A stretch of 64,000 bases of DNA from Eledone cirrhosa. Taxonomy: Eukaryota. The stretch spans positions 309,008,001 through 309,072,000 of the forward strand of contig OZ024740.1 of NCBI GenBank assembly GCA_964016885.1. The letters are read 5' to 3'. Below, piece after piece: positions 14,221-24,656 of the stretch. A program made the position numbers and the translations under genes. Each line of letters opens with the position of its first letter. Within the stretch, counting starts at the first letter, position 1. Under the pieces are notes generated by a model. That model saw only the letters and a list, made by a program, of their open reading frames with translations. It was not told the DNA's origin and ran no database searches.

Positions 14221-15030
14221 ATTATACTATTTATGGTTATGTAAATACAAAAACCTTTTGCAGTTATATATATTTTTATACAAACCCTAAATAGTGGTAG
14301 GCAGTAATATATTACTAGCTTATTACCAGTAAGTTAAGTAGCTCAATGTAAAAACATAAGATGATTTACAGAGCAGTTATATGAATTATAAGAACCAAAG
14401 AACTGTTCAAAACATTTTTATGCTTACAACTGTTTCCTCCAAACCGAGGTTTGGATTCTTCTGAGCAATTTATTATTGAATGAACACTTATATGACCTCC
14501 TTTTCACCCAAGAGACATACAGATACATATGCAAATATTGTGGGTCAACATTCATTACAGCATTTAGAGTGGCAGTACACACTTAGAGATTGCATTCATA
14601 TTAAAAGATACAATCAAAAATACGGGTTAAAATACAACATGAAATTAAGCGGTTATATAGTGCAAAGGTTATATGTGTGGCAAGTACGTGCGTCTTGTTT
14701 ATATAGTGTGGCAGAGAGTTACGTGTAGTAGAAGCACTTAAGTAGGTAATCGAGAGTGTTAGGTTGGTTGATCTGGTGACAAATTCTTTATATGATTGTT
14801 ATAGTCTGTGTGTGGAGAAATAATATAAGTATTAAAAATAGTGTAAGCATTAAAAATATTGGAAATGCACAGCGAAGCGATGATATGGACTTCATGCACT
14901 TCGACATTTTCATAGTCTGGGGAGCGTATTTTTCAGATTATATGCCCCTCACATAATCCACGACGATTCGATATTGGGCGTTTGACAATCCAGTTAGAGA
15001 ATCGTAGTCTGATGTTCTTTAGTTTAATAT
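14221..15030 (-). mobile_element. Hammerhead-bearing non-coding insert, probable Penelope-like pseudo-LTR or derivative
   Basis: Unique sequence inside the TA array carrying a minimal type I hammerhead fold; no RT or GIY-YIG coding sequence recognised. Confidence 0.5.
14421..14467 (-). ncRNA. Minimal type I hammerhead ribozyme, CAGAAGA core variant
   Basis: Minus strand: tgct CAGAAGA a tccaaac-ctcg-gtttgga g GAAAC agtt GTA agca; stems I, II and III all pair. Confidence 0.7.
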
Positions 15031-17220
15031 ATAGTATATATGTATATGTACCTATGTATGTATATATACCTATGTATGTATATATACCTATGTATGTATA
15101 TATACCTATGTATGTATGTATATATACCTATGTATGTATGTATGTATATATACCTATGTATGTATGTATGTATGTATATATACCTATGTATGTATGTATG
15201 TATATATACCTATGTATGTATGTATGTATATATACCTATGTATGTATGTATGTATATATACCTATGTATGTATATATACCTATGTATGTATATATGTATA
15301 TATACCTATGTATGTATATATGTATATATGTATATATACCTATGTATGTATATATGTATATATGTATATATACCTATGTATGTATATATGTATATATGTA
15401 TATATACCTATGTATGTATATATGTATATATACCTATGTATGTATATATGTATATATACCTATATATGTATATATACCTATGTATGTATATATGTATATA
15501 TACCTATGTATGTATATATGTATATATACCTATGTATGTATATATATATACCTATGTATTTATGTATGTATATATATATATACCTATGTATTTATGTATG
15601 TATATATATATATACCTATGTATTTATATATGTATATATATATATACCTATGTATTTATATATGTATATATATATATACCTATGTATTTATGTATGTATA
15701 TATATATATACCTATGTATTTATATATGTATATATATATATACCTATGTATTTATATATGTATGTATATATATATACCTATGTATTTATATATGTATGTA
15801 TATATATATACCTATGTATTTATATATGTATGTATATATATATACCTATCATTTCATCATCATTTCATTTTACATCCGCTTTTTCCCTGCTTGCAAGGGT
15901 GGGATGGGAACTGATGCTGGCTTGATTTCTACAGCTGGATGCCCTTCCTAACACCAACCTCATTTACAGTGAGTGCTGGGTGCTTTTTTGCCGTGGCACC
16001 TCCACGACCACTTTACAGTGGAATGATAGGGACACCAGTCCCTATCATCTCATTTCTACAGCTGAGTAAACTGGAGCAATGTGAAATAAAGTGCCTTGCT
16101 CAAGGAAACAACACATCACCCGGTCTATGTATTTATATATGTATGTATATATACCTATGTATTTATATATGTATGTATATATACCTATGTATTTATATAT
16201 GTATGTATATATACCTATGTATTTATATATGTATATATATATATACCTATGTATTTATATATGTATATATATATATACCTATGTATTTATATATGTATAT
16301 ATATATATATATACCTATGTATTTATGTATATATATATATACCTATGTATTTATGTATATATATATATATACCTATGTATTTATGTATATATATATATAC
16401 CTATGTATTTATGTATATATATATATACCTATGTATTTATGTATATATATATATACCTATGTATTTATGTATATATATATATATACCCATCTATTTATAT
16501 ATGTATATATATATATATACCTATGTATTTATATATGTATATATATATATATATACCTATGTATTTATATATGTATATATATATATATACCTATGTATTT
16601 ATATATGTATATAGATATATATACCTATGTATTTATATATGTATATATAGATATATATACCTATGTATTTATATATGTATATATAGATATATATACCTAT
16701 GTATTTATATATGTATATATATATATATATACCTATGTATTTATATATGTATATATATATATATATACCTATGTATTTATATATGTATATATATATATAT
16801 ATACCTATGTATTTATATATGTATATATATATATATATACCTATGTATTTATATATGTATATATATATATATATACCTATGTATTTATATATGTATATAT
16901 ATATATATATACCTATGTATTTATATATGTATATATATATATATACCTATGTATTTATATATGTATATATATATATATACCTATGTATTTATATATGTAT
17001 ATATATATATATATACCTATGTATTTATATATGTATATATATATATACCTATGTATTTATATATGTATATATATATATATATATATACCTATGTATTTAT
17101 ATATGTATATATATATATATATATATACCTATGTATTTATATATATATATATACCTATGTATTTATATATGTATATATATATATATACCTATGTATTTAT
17201 ATATGTATATATATATATAT
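15031..17220. repeat. tacctatg / tacctatgtattta minisatellite, interrupted by a SINE
   Basis: Direct inspection. Confidence 0.95.
15848..16126 (-). mobile_element. CORE-type SINE with RTE-derived tail, tRNA head missing
   Basis: Reverse complement matches the SINE at 47574-47894 from ga(c/t)ggg onward. Confidence 0.85.
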
Positions 17221-17368
17221 ACATATTTGTTTACATGCACAGACTCTTCTACACACACACAACATTTAGGAAAACGGAAACAAAATACACAAAAAAAACA
17301 GACATTTTATTTCTATCGTAATCAAGTGCGCTAAACCTATATTGTTTACATTCTGTGTTTTTCTACGG

Positions 17369-18598
17369 ATGGGTAGAAATAACAAAATTGCCATGGTGAT
17401 ATCCATCGATGAAATTTGCGACAAAACTGGTCGATGTCCAAAAATAGAACATTGCCCGGAAGATCACACCTGCCATATCTGTACGGAACCCGAAAACTCG
17501 TTCCGTAATCGTTGGGTCGAATGTGGAACCTGTCGCATCTCTGTCTGCCTTCAATGCGCCACAGGCTTCCGGAAGATCCCAGGCCAAAATAAGAAACATC
17601 ACATTGCTACGATGGATAGACTCTGGGAGATGGTCCAGCTAACAAACTGGTCCTTTCAGTGCCTGGACTGTATGCCTGCTTCTCCCATTACTGCGGAACA
17701 ACAACAAAGACCGAAGATCGTGTCTTCTACCATTGTTCCTGAACAACAACAACAAAAACCGAGGATCGTGTCTTCCTCTACCATTGTCGCTGAACAACAG
17801 CAAAAACCAACGACCGTAGCTTCTGCTACTACCCCCGTTGAAGGACTTCATCAACAACAGCAACCCATGTCTTCCTCACCCGTTGCTTTTCAACAACAAC
17901 AACCGACGACTGTGTCTTCTACCATGCCTGTTGAAGGAGAAGAACAACAACAAAAACCGACCGTCAATACGGAGTTTGAGGAAATACGGCAAATGATTTC
18001 CGCTTTAAGTCAAGAAATAGCGGAAATAAAATCAAGCGTTCGTGTAGAACCCCACAATGAGGGATCTTACCGGAGTGCCTTGTTAAAAAATCTCCGCGTA
18101 CCTCATGTTGAACCTAGACGCATTGAGAATGCCACTGAATCTGCAAACCACGAAGTGATTGCCATTGGTGTGCCGGAAGACATAGTTGATCTTCAGGCAT
18201 TTGCTACCAGTTCATCCAAAGACCTGGGCTGTGCTCCCGTAAAGGGTGCTCTACGCCTTGGCCGACCAGGCCCGAAACCCAGGTTAATTAGACTGTCGTT
18301 TTCAAACTCGGCTGAGGCACGTTCATACCTTGTAGCCTCTGATAAAGCTAGGCGTGAAAGTCGGATTGCTTTCCGAACACGTCCTGGTCTTCCACCTGAT
18401 GTCCGCCCAAAGTTGCGTGCTGCAGCTTCCCTAAACCGCAGCTCGGCAGAACATGAAAGCTTCAGCCTACGAGATGATGGGCAGATATGGAGGTTTGTTA
18501 AGGCTGGCGAATCATGGAAAAGAGACACCAGCTGGTCTGAAAACAGTGTACCCACAACAACTGACAATAAAGAAACTGAAAAAACTCTGGGAAACTAA
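17369..18598 (+). CDS. LINE ORF1p: PHD-like Zn finger, Q-rich repeats, coiled coil, RRM-like domain
   Basis: First ATG at 17369; CHIC..CGTC.ISVCLQC..CLDC; FEEIRQMISALSQEIAEIK; IAIGVPED..RLGRPGPKPRLIRLSF. Confidence 0.88.
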   Translation: MGRNNKIAMVISIDEICDKTGRCPKIEHCPEDHTCHICTEPENSFRNRWVECGTCRISVCLQCATGFRKIPGQNKKHHIATMDRLWEMVQLTNWSFQCLDCMPASPITAEQQQRPKIVSSTIVPEQQQQKPRIVSSSTIVAEQQQKPTTVASATTPVEGLHQQQQPMSSSPVAFQQQQPTTVSSTMPVEGEEQQQKPTVNTEFEEIRQMISALSQEIAEIKSSVRVEPHNEGSYRSALLKNLRVPHVEPRRIENATESANHEVIAIGVPEDIVDLQAFATSSSKDLGCAPVKGALRLGRPGPKPRLIRLSFSNSAEARSYLVASDKARRESRIAFRTRPGLPPDVRPKLRAAASLNRSSAEHESFSLRDDGQIWRFVKAGESWKRDTSWSENSVPTTTDNKETEKTLGN

Positions 18599-21417
18599 AT
18601 CAGAACAACCTGCCATCCCCTGCACATAATCATAGACTGGAATCAAAGTACAAACTGTTGTCCTTGAATGCACGTAGTCTATGCAATAAGATTCATCTTT
18701 TTGACTCCTACGTCAAAAGTATCAACCCGGACTTCATTACAGTCACGGAAACTTGGGCACATCCCTTACTCTGTGATGGGGTTTTCAGCATGACTGGCTA
18801 CAACCTGTTTCGTAAAGACCGTATTAATCGTCGTGGTGGTGGTGTAATGGTCTACGTTCGGTCAAATCTGTCGGCAATTCCTTGTGCTGATTTGAACCAA
18901 TCACAGCAGGAAGTTTTTTTCTGCGATATACGTATGACCATGTCAACACTGCTACTTGGAGTCGTTTACCGTCCCCCAAATTACCATCAGGACACTCAAC
19001 TTTGTGATATCCTCAGAGCTGCTGCCAGGAAGACAGCCACTTATGTTTTCATTGCAGGTGACTTCAATCACCCTGAGATTGACTGGGAGACCTTTCGTTG
19101 GCCGCCAAGTGCAAATGACTTCCTTGAGCTGGTGCTGGACTCGAGTTGGTCCCAGGTGGTCACCTCCCCAACGAGAGGTGACAACACTTTGGACCTACTC
19201 TTCACCACTACTCCTGAAACGGTCATTAGTGTTACTGCTGAGGAACCTTTAGGTGACTCTGATCATGCTATGATCATTGCCAATCTATCCCTCATGGGCA
19301 GTAACAAGAACCACAACCATCTCCAAACTGCTCACTTTGACTGGAATAGAGCAGACTGGAACTGTTACTGCACCGAGTTGCAACGGCCAAACTGGCTTGA
19401 GTTCTATGACTCTGGAGATGTCAACACTGTACTCCAGAACATCCTGAGCTCAATATGGACAGCATGTGCAGCATCGGTGCCACGTAAGCGGAAAAAACAT
19501 CCTAAAAGCGCAATTTGGGAGACTGCAGCAGTCCGTCTTGCCAGAAAAGAACGGCGCAATGCTGAACGTGAGTACAAACTTCACAAATCAGACATTAATA
19601 GGAAGAGGCGAAATAAATCGTCCAACCACCTCAAACAGGTGACAAAAAAGGCAGTGCTTCAATTTGAGCAGCGCATAGCAACCAGCCCTGACAGTAAGGT
19701 GTTCTGGAAGTATGTTCACTCAAAGCAGAGGCCTCACTCTCCAGTTGGTCCTCTTCGCAATCCCCACACAAGCCAGGTTACTGACGACCCCAAGGAATGC
19801 GCAGAGCTCATTGCTGAATGCTATGCAGGCATTTTCACCATTGAAGACCAGAGTGTACCATCTCCACCACCTATGACACCGGACTCTATTACAACCATGG
19901 AATTTACACCTGCAATGCTGCGACGTCACCTAAAAAATAAACGCAACCATGCCTCTCCTGGTCTTGATGGTGTTACGTACCTGCTTCTTAAACGTGGTGG
20001 GTACTTCCTTCTACACCAGTTATCACGCTTCTTCCAATTCTGTCTGAACAACAGTGCTACTCCAGAACAGTGGAAAACTGCCAGTGTAATTCCTCTGTTC
20101 AAAAAGGGTGACCGCACATCACCTGTGAACTATCGTCCAGTCAGTCTTACTAGTTGCATCGCCAAACTGATGGAATCCTGTGTCAGAGAAACACTTTGGA
20201 ACTTCTGGAGCTCTCACAGTCTTATCCGGCCTTCGCAATTTGGATTTATCCCCAACTCCAGCTGCTGTGATCAACTTATAGAGTTTCTTGAGGACATCAC
20301 CCGGATCACTGATGGCGGCTCATGGGTGGATGTTGTTTACCTTGACTTTGCGAAGGCCTTCAATTCTGTGCCGCACAAAAGGCTTATGGCAAAACTCTCT
20401 GCAATGGGTGTGAAGGATGATCTTTTTAACTGGTTGAAGTCCTTCATTCTCAGTCGAAGAGAGGTAGTCACGGTTCTGGGACAGCATTCCTCACCATATG
20501 AGATGTCATCTGGTGTACCTCCGGGATCTGTTCTTGGCCCCCTTTTGTTTGTGGCATATATTAATGACATAGATGCCAACTTAAGGAATGCCACAGTACT
20601 AAAGTACGCAGACGACATCAAGCTGTACCTTGAGATAAAAAGGACAGATCCTGAACACTATAGATCTTGCTTGCAGTCTGACCTGGACACAATGCAACAG
20701 TGGATCTCAGACTGGCAACTCAAGCTAGCTGTGGACAAGTGCACCACCATGCATTTTGGGAGTAAAAACCCAGCGTCCACATATTCCCTCCACAGCACTA
20801 ATATCAAGAAGTCTTCCTGTGAACGTGACCTGGGCATTACGGTCAGCAGCGATTTGCGTTGGACGAGGCACGTCTCTAAAATTGTCAAGAGGGCCGAGGG
20901 TGTCTTAGCATCACTCAGCAAGACCTTTGTCAGCCGCTCTCCAGATATCTATTTAAGGCTGTATACAGCTATGGTGCGACCACACTTAGAATTTGCATCA
21001 CCAGTCTGGAACCCCTATCTTGCTCAGGACATTGACCGCCTGGAAACTGTTCAGAGACGTGCAACCAAGCGAATACCCTCCATCAGGCATCTACCATACT
21101 CTGATCGCCTTGCTTCCCTGGGCATGGATTCATTGAAGCTCCGACGCCTGGCAACTGACTTGGTAAACACCCACAAAATTGTTAACCATGTTGCCAACAA
21201 CAACCCTGAGTGCCTTTTCGATTTCCATGTGTCTAACACACGTGGACATGCCCACAAAGTAAGAAAACAGCACAGTTCCCATGACTTTCGGAAACATTTT
21301 TTCACGCTCAGAGTTGCTGAAGCATGGAACAAACTACCTGCATCAGTTGTTAGCTGTCGAGACGCTGCATCCTTTAAGGCCTCCATGCTTCCCGAGATCC
21401 GCCAACACTACAGCTAA
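18580..21417 (+). CDS. LINE ORF2p: APE endonuclease + reverse transcriptase (frame open from 18580, no AUG until 18790)
   Basis: SLNARSL, VTETW, VYRPP, AGDFNHP, LDLLF, SDH, YRPVSLTS, YADD, ERDLG, VRPHLEF, TRGH, WNKLP. Confidence 0.93.
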   Translation, partial: KNSGKLNQNNLPSPAHNHRLESKYKLLSLNARSLCNKIHLFDSYVKSINPDFITVTETWAHPLLCDGVFSMTGYNLFRKDRINRRGGGVMVYVRSNLSAIPCADLNQSQQEVFFCDIRMTMSTLLLGVVYRPPNYHQDTQLCDILRAAARKTATYVFIAGDFNHPEIDWETFRWPPSANDFLELVLDSSWSQVVTSPTRGDNTLDLLFTTTPETVISVTAEEPLGDSDHAMIIANLSLMGSNKNHNHLQTAHFDWNRADWNCYCTELQRPNWLEFYDSGDVNTVLQNILSSIWTACAASVPRKRKKHPKSAIWETAAVRLARKERRNAEREYKLHKSDINRKRRNKSSNHLKQVTKKAVLQFEQRIATSPDSKVFWKYVHSKQRPHSPVGPLRNPHTSQVTDDPKECAELIAECYAGIFTIEDQSVPSPPPMTPDSITTMEFTPAMLRRHLKNKRNHASPGLDGVTYLLLKRGGYFLLHQLSRFFQFCLNNSATPEQWKTASVIPLFKKGDRTSPVNYRPVSLTSCIAKLMESCVRETLWNFWSSHSLIRPSQFGFIPNSSCCDQLIEFLEDITRITDGGSWVDVVYLDFAKAFNSVPHKRLMAKLSAMGVKDDLFNWLKSFILSRREVVTVLGQHSSPYEMSSGVPPGSVLGPLLFVAYINDIDANLRNATVLKYADDIKLYLEIKRTDPEHYRSCLQSDLDTMQQWISDWQLKLAVDKCTTMHFGSKNPASTYSLHSTNIKKSSCERDLGITVSSDLRWTRHVSKIVKRAEGVLASLSKTFVSRSPDIYLRLYTAMVRPHLEFASPVWNPYLAQDIDRLETVQRRATKRIPSIRHLPYSDRLASLGMDSLKLRRLATDLVNTHKIVNHVANNNPECLFDFHVSNTRGHAHKVRKQHSSHDFRKHFFTLRVAEAWNKLPASVVSCRDAASFKASMLPEIRQHYS

Positions 21418-21517
21418 CACATACAAACATGTACTTCCCTGGCATTTGTGTATTATTCTATGTACTATATTGACGAGTTGTAGTGCACCTGAGCACTTTA
21501 CACAATAATTTCATTAT

Positions 21518-22453
21518 TATATACCTATGTATTTATATATGTATATATATATACCTATGTATTTATATATGTATATATATATATACCTATGTATTTATGT
21601 ATATATATATATACCTATGTATTTATGTATATATATATATATACCTATGTATTTATGTATGTATATATATATATACCCATCTATTTATATATGTATATAT
21701 ATATATATACCTATGTATTTATATATGTATATATATATATATACCTATGTATTTATATATGTATATATATATATATACCTATGTATTTATATATGTATAT
21801 ATATATATATACCTATGTATTTATATATGTATATAGATATATATATACCTATGTATTTATATATGTATATAGATATATATATACCTATGTATTTATATAT
21901 GTATATATATATATACCTATGTATTTATATATGTATATATATATATATACCTATGTATTTATATATGTATATATATATATATACCTATGTATTTATATAT
22001 GTATATATATATATATACCTATGTATTTATATATGTATATATATATATACCTATGTATTTATATATACCTATGTATGTATATATATGTATTTGTATGTAT
22101 ATATATGTATTTGTATGTATATATATGTATTTGTATGTATATATATGTATTTGTATGTATATATATGTATTTGTATGTATATATATGTATTTGTATGTAT
22201 ATATATGTATTTGTATGTATATATATGTATTTGTATGTATATATATGTATTTATATATCTATATATGTATTTATATATCTATATATGTATTTATATATCT
22301 ATATATGTATTTATATACCTATATATGTATTTATATATGTATTTATATATGTATATATATGTATTTATATACGTATATATATATATATACCTATGTATTT
22401 ATATATGTATATATATATATACCTATGTATTTATATACGTATATATATATACC

Positions 22454-22492
<39 letters not shown>

Positions 22493-22499
22493 GTATATG

Positions 22500-22542
<43 letters not shown>

Positions 22543-22595
22543 GAATATGTATGTATGTATATGTATGTATATGTATGTATATATGTGTATGTATG

Positions 22596-22631
<36 letters not shown>

Positions 22632-22659
22632 TGTATGTATGTATGTATGTATATATATG

Positions 22660-22730
<71 letters not shown>

Positions 22731-23184
22731 GTATATATGTATATGTATGTATATATGTATATGTATGTATATATGTATATGTATGTATATATGTATATGT
22801 ATGTATATATCTATATATATGTATGTATATATGTATAAGTATGTATGTATATATGTATAAGTATGTATATATGTATGTATATGTATGTATATATGTATAT
22901 ATATGTATGTATATATGTATATATATATGTATGTATATATATATATGTATGTATGTATATATATATATACCTATGTATATATGTATGTATGTATATATGT
23001 ATGTATATATATGTATGTATGTATATATGTATGTATGTATATATATGTATGTATGTATATATGTATGTATGTATATATATATACCTATGTATATATGTAT
23101 GTATATATATATACCTATGTATGTATATATATATACCTATGTCTGTATATATATATACCTGTATATGTATATATATATATACCT
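21518..23184. repeat. tacctatgtattta / tatttgtatg / TATG minisatellite
   Basis: Direct inspection. Confidence 0.95.
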
Positions 23185-23440
23185 GTGTTCGCTATTCTTC
23201 TGAATTTTGGCTTGTTCTAGCCGATGATATTTCTTGTCTTTTTCCCTGCTCTGATGAGTCCTAATTACTGGGATGAAACATTGTCAGCGAATAAAGATTT
23301 TTAATGTATTAAAGGCTTCTTTGTTAATTTTATATAATTTTTCGGCTCTTTTTGATAACATTGAGCTATATCTTATACTGTCATTTCTCTAATACGACGA
23401 GTGTGTTTAACTCTAATGCACTCAAGTATTTTTATCTTAT
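23185..23440 (+). mobile_element. Probable Penelope-like solo pseudo-LTR
   Basis: Minimal hammerhead immediately followed by AATAAA and a T-rich tract; ends in (TA)n. Confidence 0.6.
23247..23289 (+). ncRNA. Minimal type I hammerhead ribozyme with canonical core
   Basis: tgct CTGATGA gtccta-atta-c-tgggat GAAAC att GTC agcg; predicted cleavage after C23285. Confidence 0.82.
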
Positions 23441-23534
23441 ATATATATATATATATACATACATATATCGCCATATATGTTGCCAATAAGAAACACATGT
23501 ATATATAGCTATGTATGTATGTATACATATATAG

Positions 23535-23589
23535 GCCCACCCTTGCAAGCAGGGAAAAGCGGACGTAAAATGATGATGATGATGATGAT
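23535..23589 (+). mobile_element. Isolated SINE/RTE 3' tail
   Basis: cccacccttgcaagcagggaaaagcggacgtaaaa(tga)n. Confidence 0.8.
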
Positions 23590-23629
23590 ATATATATATA
23601 TATATATATAGCTATGTATGTATATATAT

Positions 23630-23945
23630 GTTTCTTTTATTTGCCACAAGGGCATCAAAAGTGGGACAAGTACAATGGGGGGAGTTTACAAAACAAGGCG
23701 TCCTCAATAGGGAGGAGGCAATAACAATATATAAAAATAAAATAAAATATAACAAAAAATAGAATTATAACAAAATCCTCAATAGAGGATTTTGTTATAA
23801 AATATAACAAAAAATAAAATTTATAACAAAATCCTCAATAGAGAGGAGGCGCCTTGGGGGGTCGCACACACCCCCGAAAAAAATGTGCAACCCTTTTCCT
23901 CAGGTGCACAGAGAGGGGGTGCTCCCTCGTTCCTTGCTATTTTCC
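23630..23945 (-). mobile_element. Possible 3'UTR of an L1/Tx1-like LINE
   Basis: Minus strand ends cccttgtggcaaataaaagaaa then TA repeat; no coding evidence, so the clade is tentative. Confidence 0.4.
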
Positions 23946-24004
23946 TATATATATAGCTATGTATGTATATATATTTAGCTATGTATGTATATATTATATA
24001 TAAT

Positions 24005-24190
24005 ATATTTCGTTTCTGAATTTGTTTAGCAAGATTCTTTATCTGAAAACCTGTCTTGAAACAGATATTGTTATCCAACCAACCGGAAATTTATAAATTC
24101 TTAAATTTATAAATTTAATTTATAATAAATTGGAGTGAAAGCAAGTGGTGCGCGTGTTTCTTATTGGCAACATATATAGCGACATATGGA
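24005..24190 (-). repeat. Short interspersed family C
   Basis: Reverse complement of 31800-31980; terminal piece also present inverted at 23461-23496. Confidence 0.7.
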
Positions 24191-24232
24191 TATATATATA
24201 GCGATATATGTATATATATATAGCTATGTATG

Positions 24233-24264
<32 letters not shown>

Positions 24265-24358
24265 GCTATGTATATATATATATAGCTATGTATATATATA
24301 TATGTATATATATATGTATATATATATATATATATATATAGCTATGTATATATATACA

Positions 24359-24415
<57 letters not shown>

Positions 24416-24434
24416 CTATGTATATATATATAGC

Positions 24435-24469
<35 letters not shown>

Positions 24470-24504
24470 CTATGTATATATATATGTATATATATATATA
24501 TAGC

Positions 24505-24543
<39 letters not shown>

Positions 24544-24656
24544 CTATGTATATATATATATATAGCTATGTATATATATATATATATATAGCTATGTATA
24601 TATATATATATAGCTATGTATATATATATATATATAGTTATGTATATATATATATA

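Larger units (their letters stand above)
17221..21517 (+). mobile_element. Full-length CR1-group LINE (5'UTR, ORF1, ORF2, 3'UTR, short (ATT)n tail)
   Basis: Two open ORFs; ends cacaataatttcattattat; second 3' copy at 57.5-58.1 kb. Confidence 0.93.
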
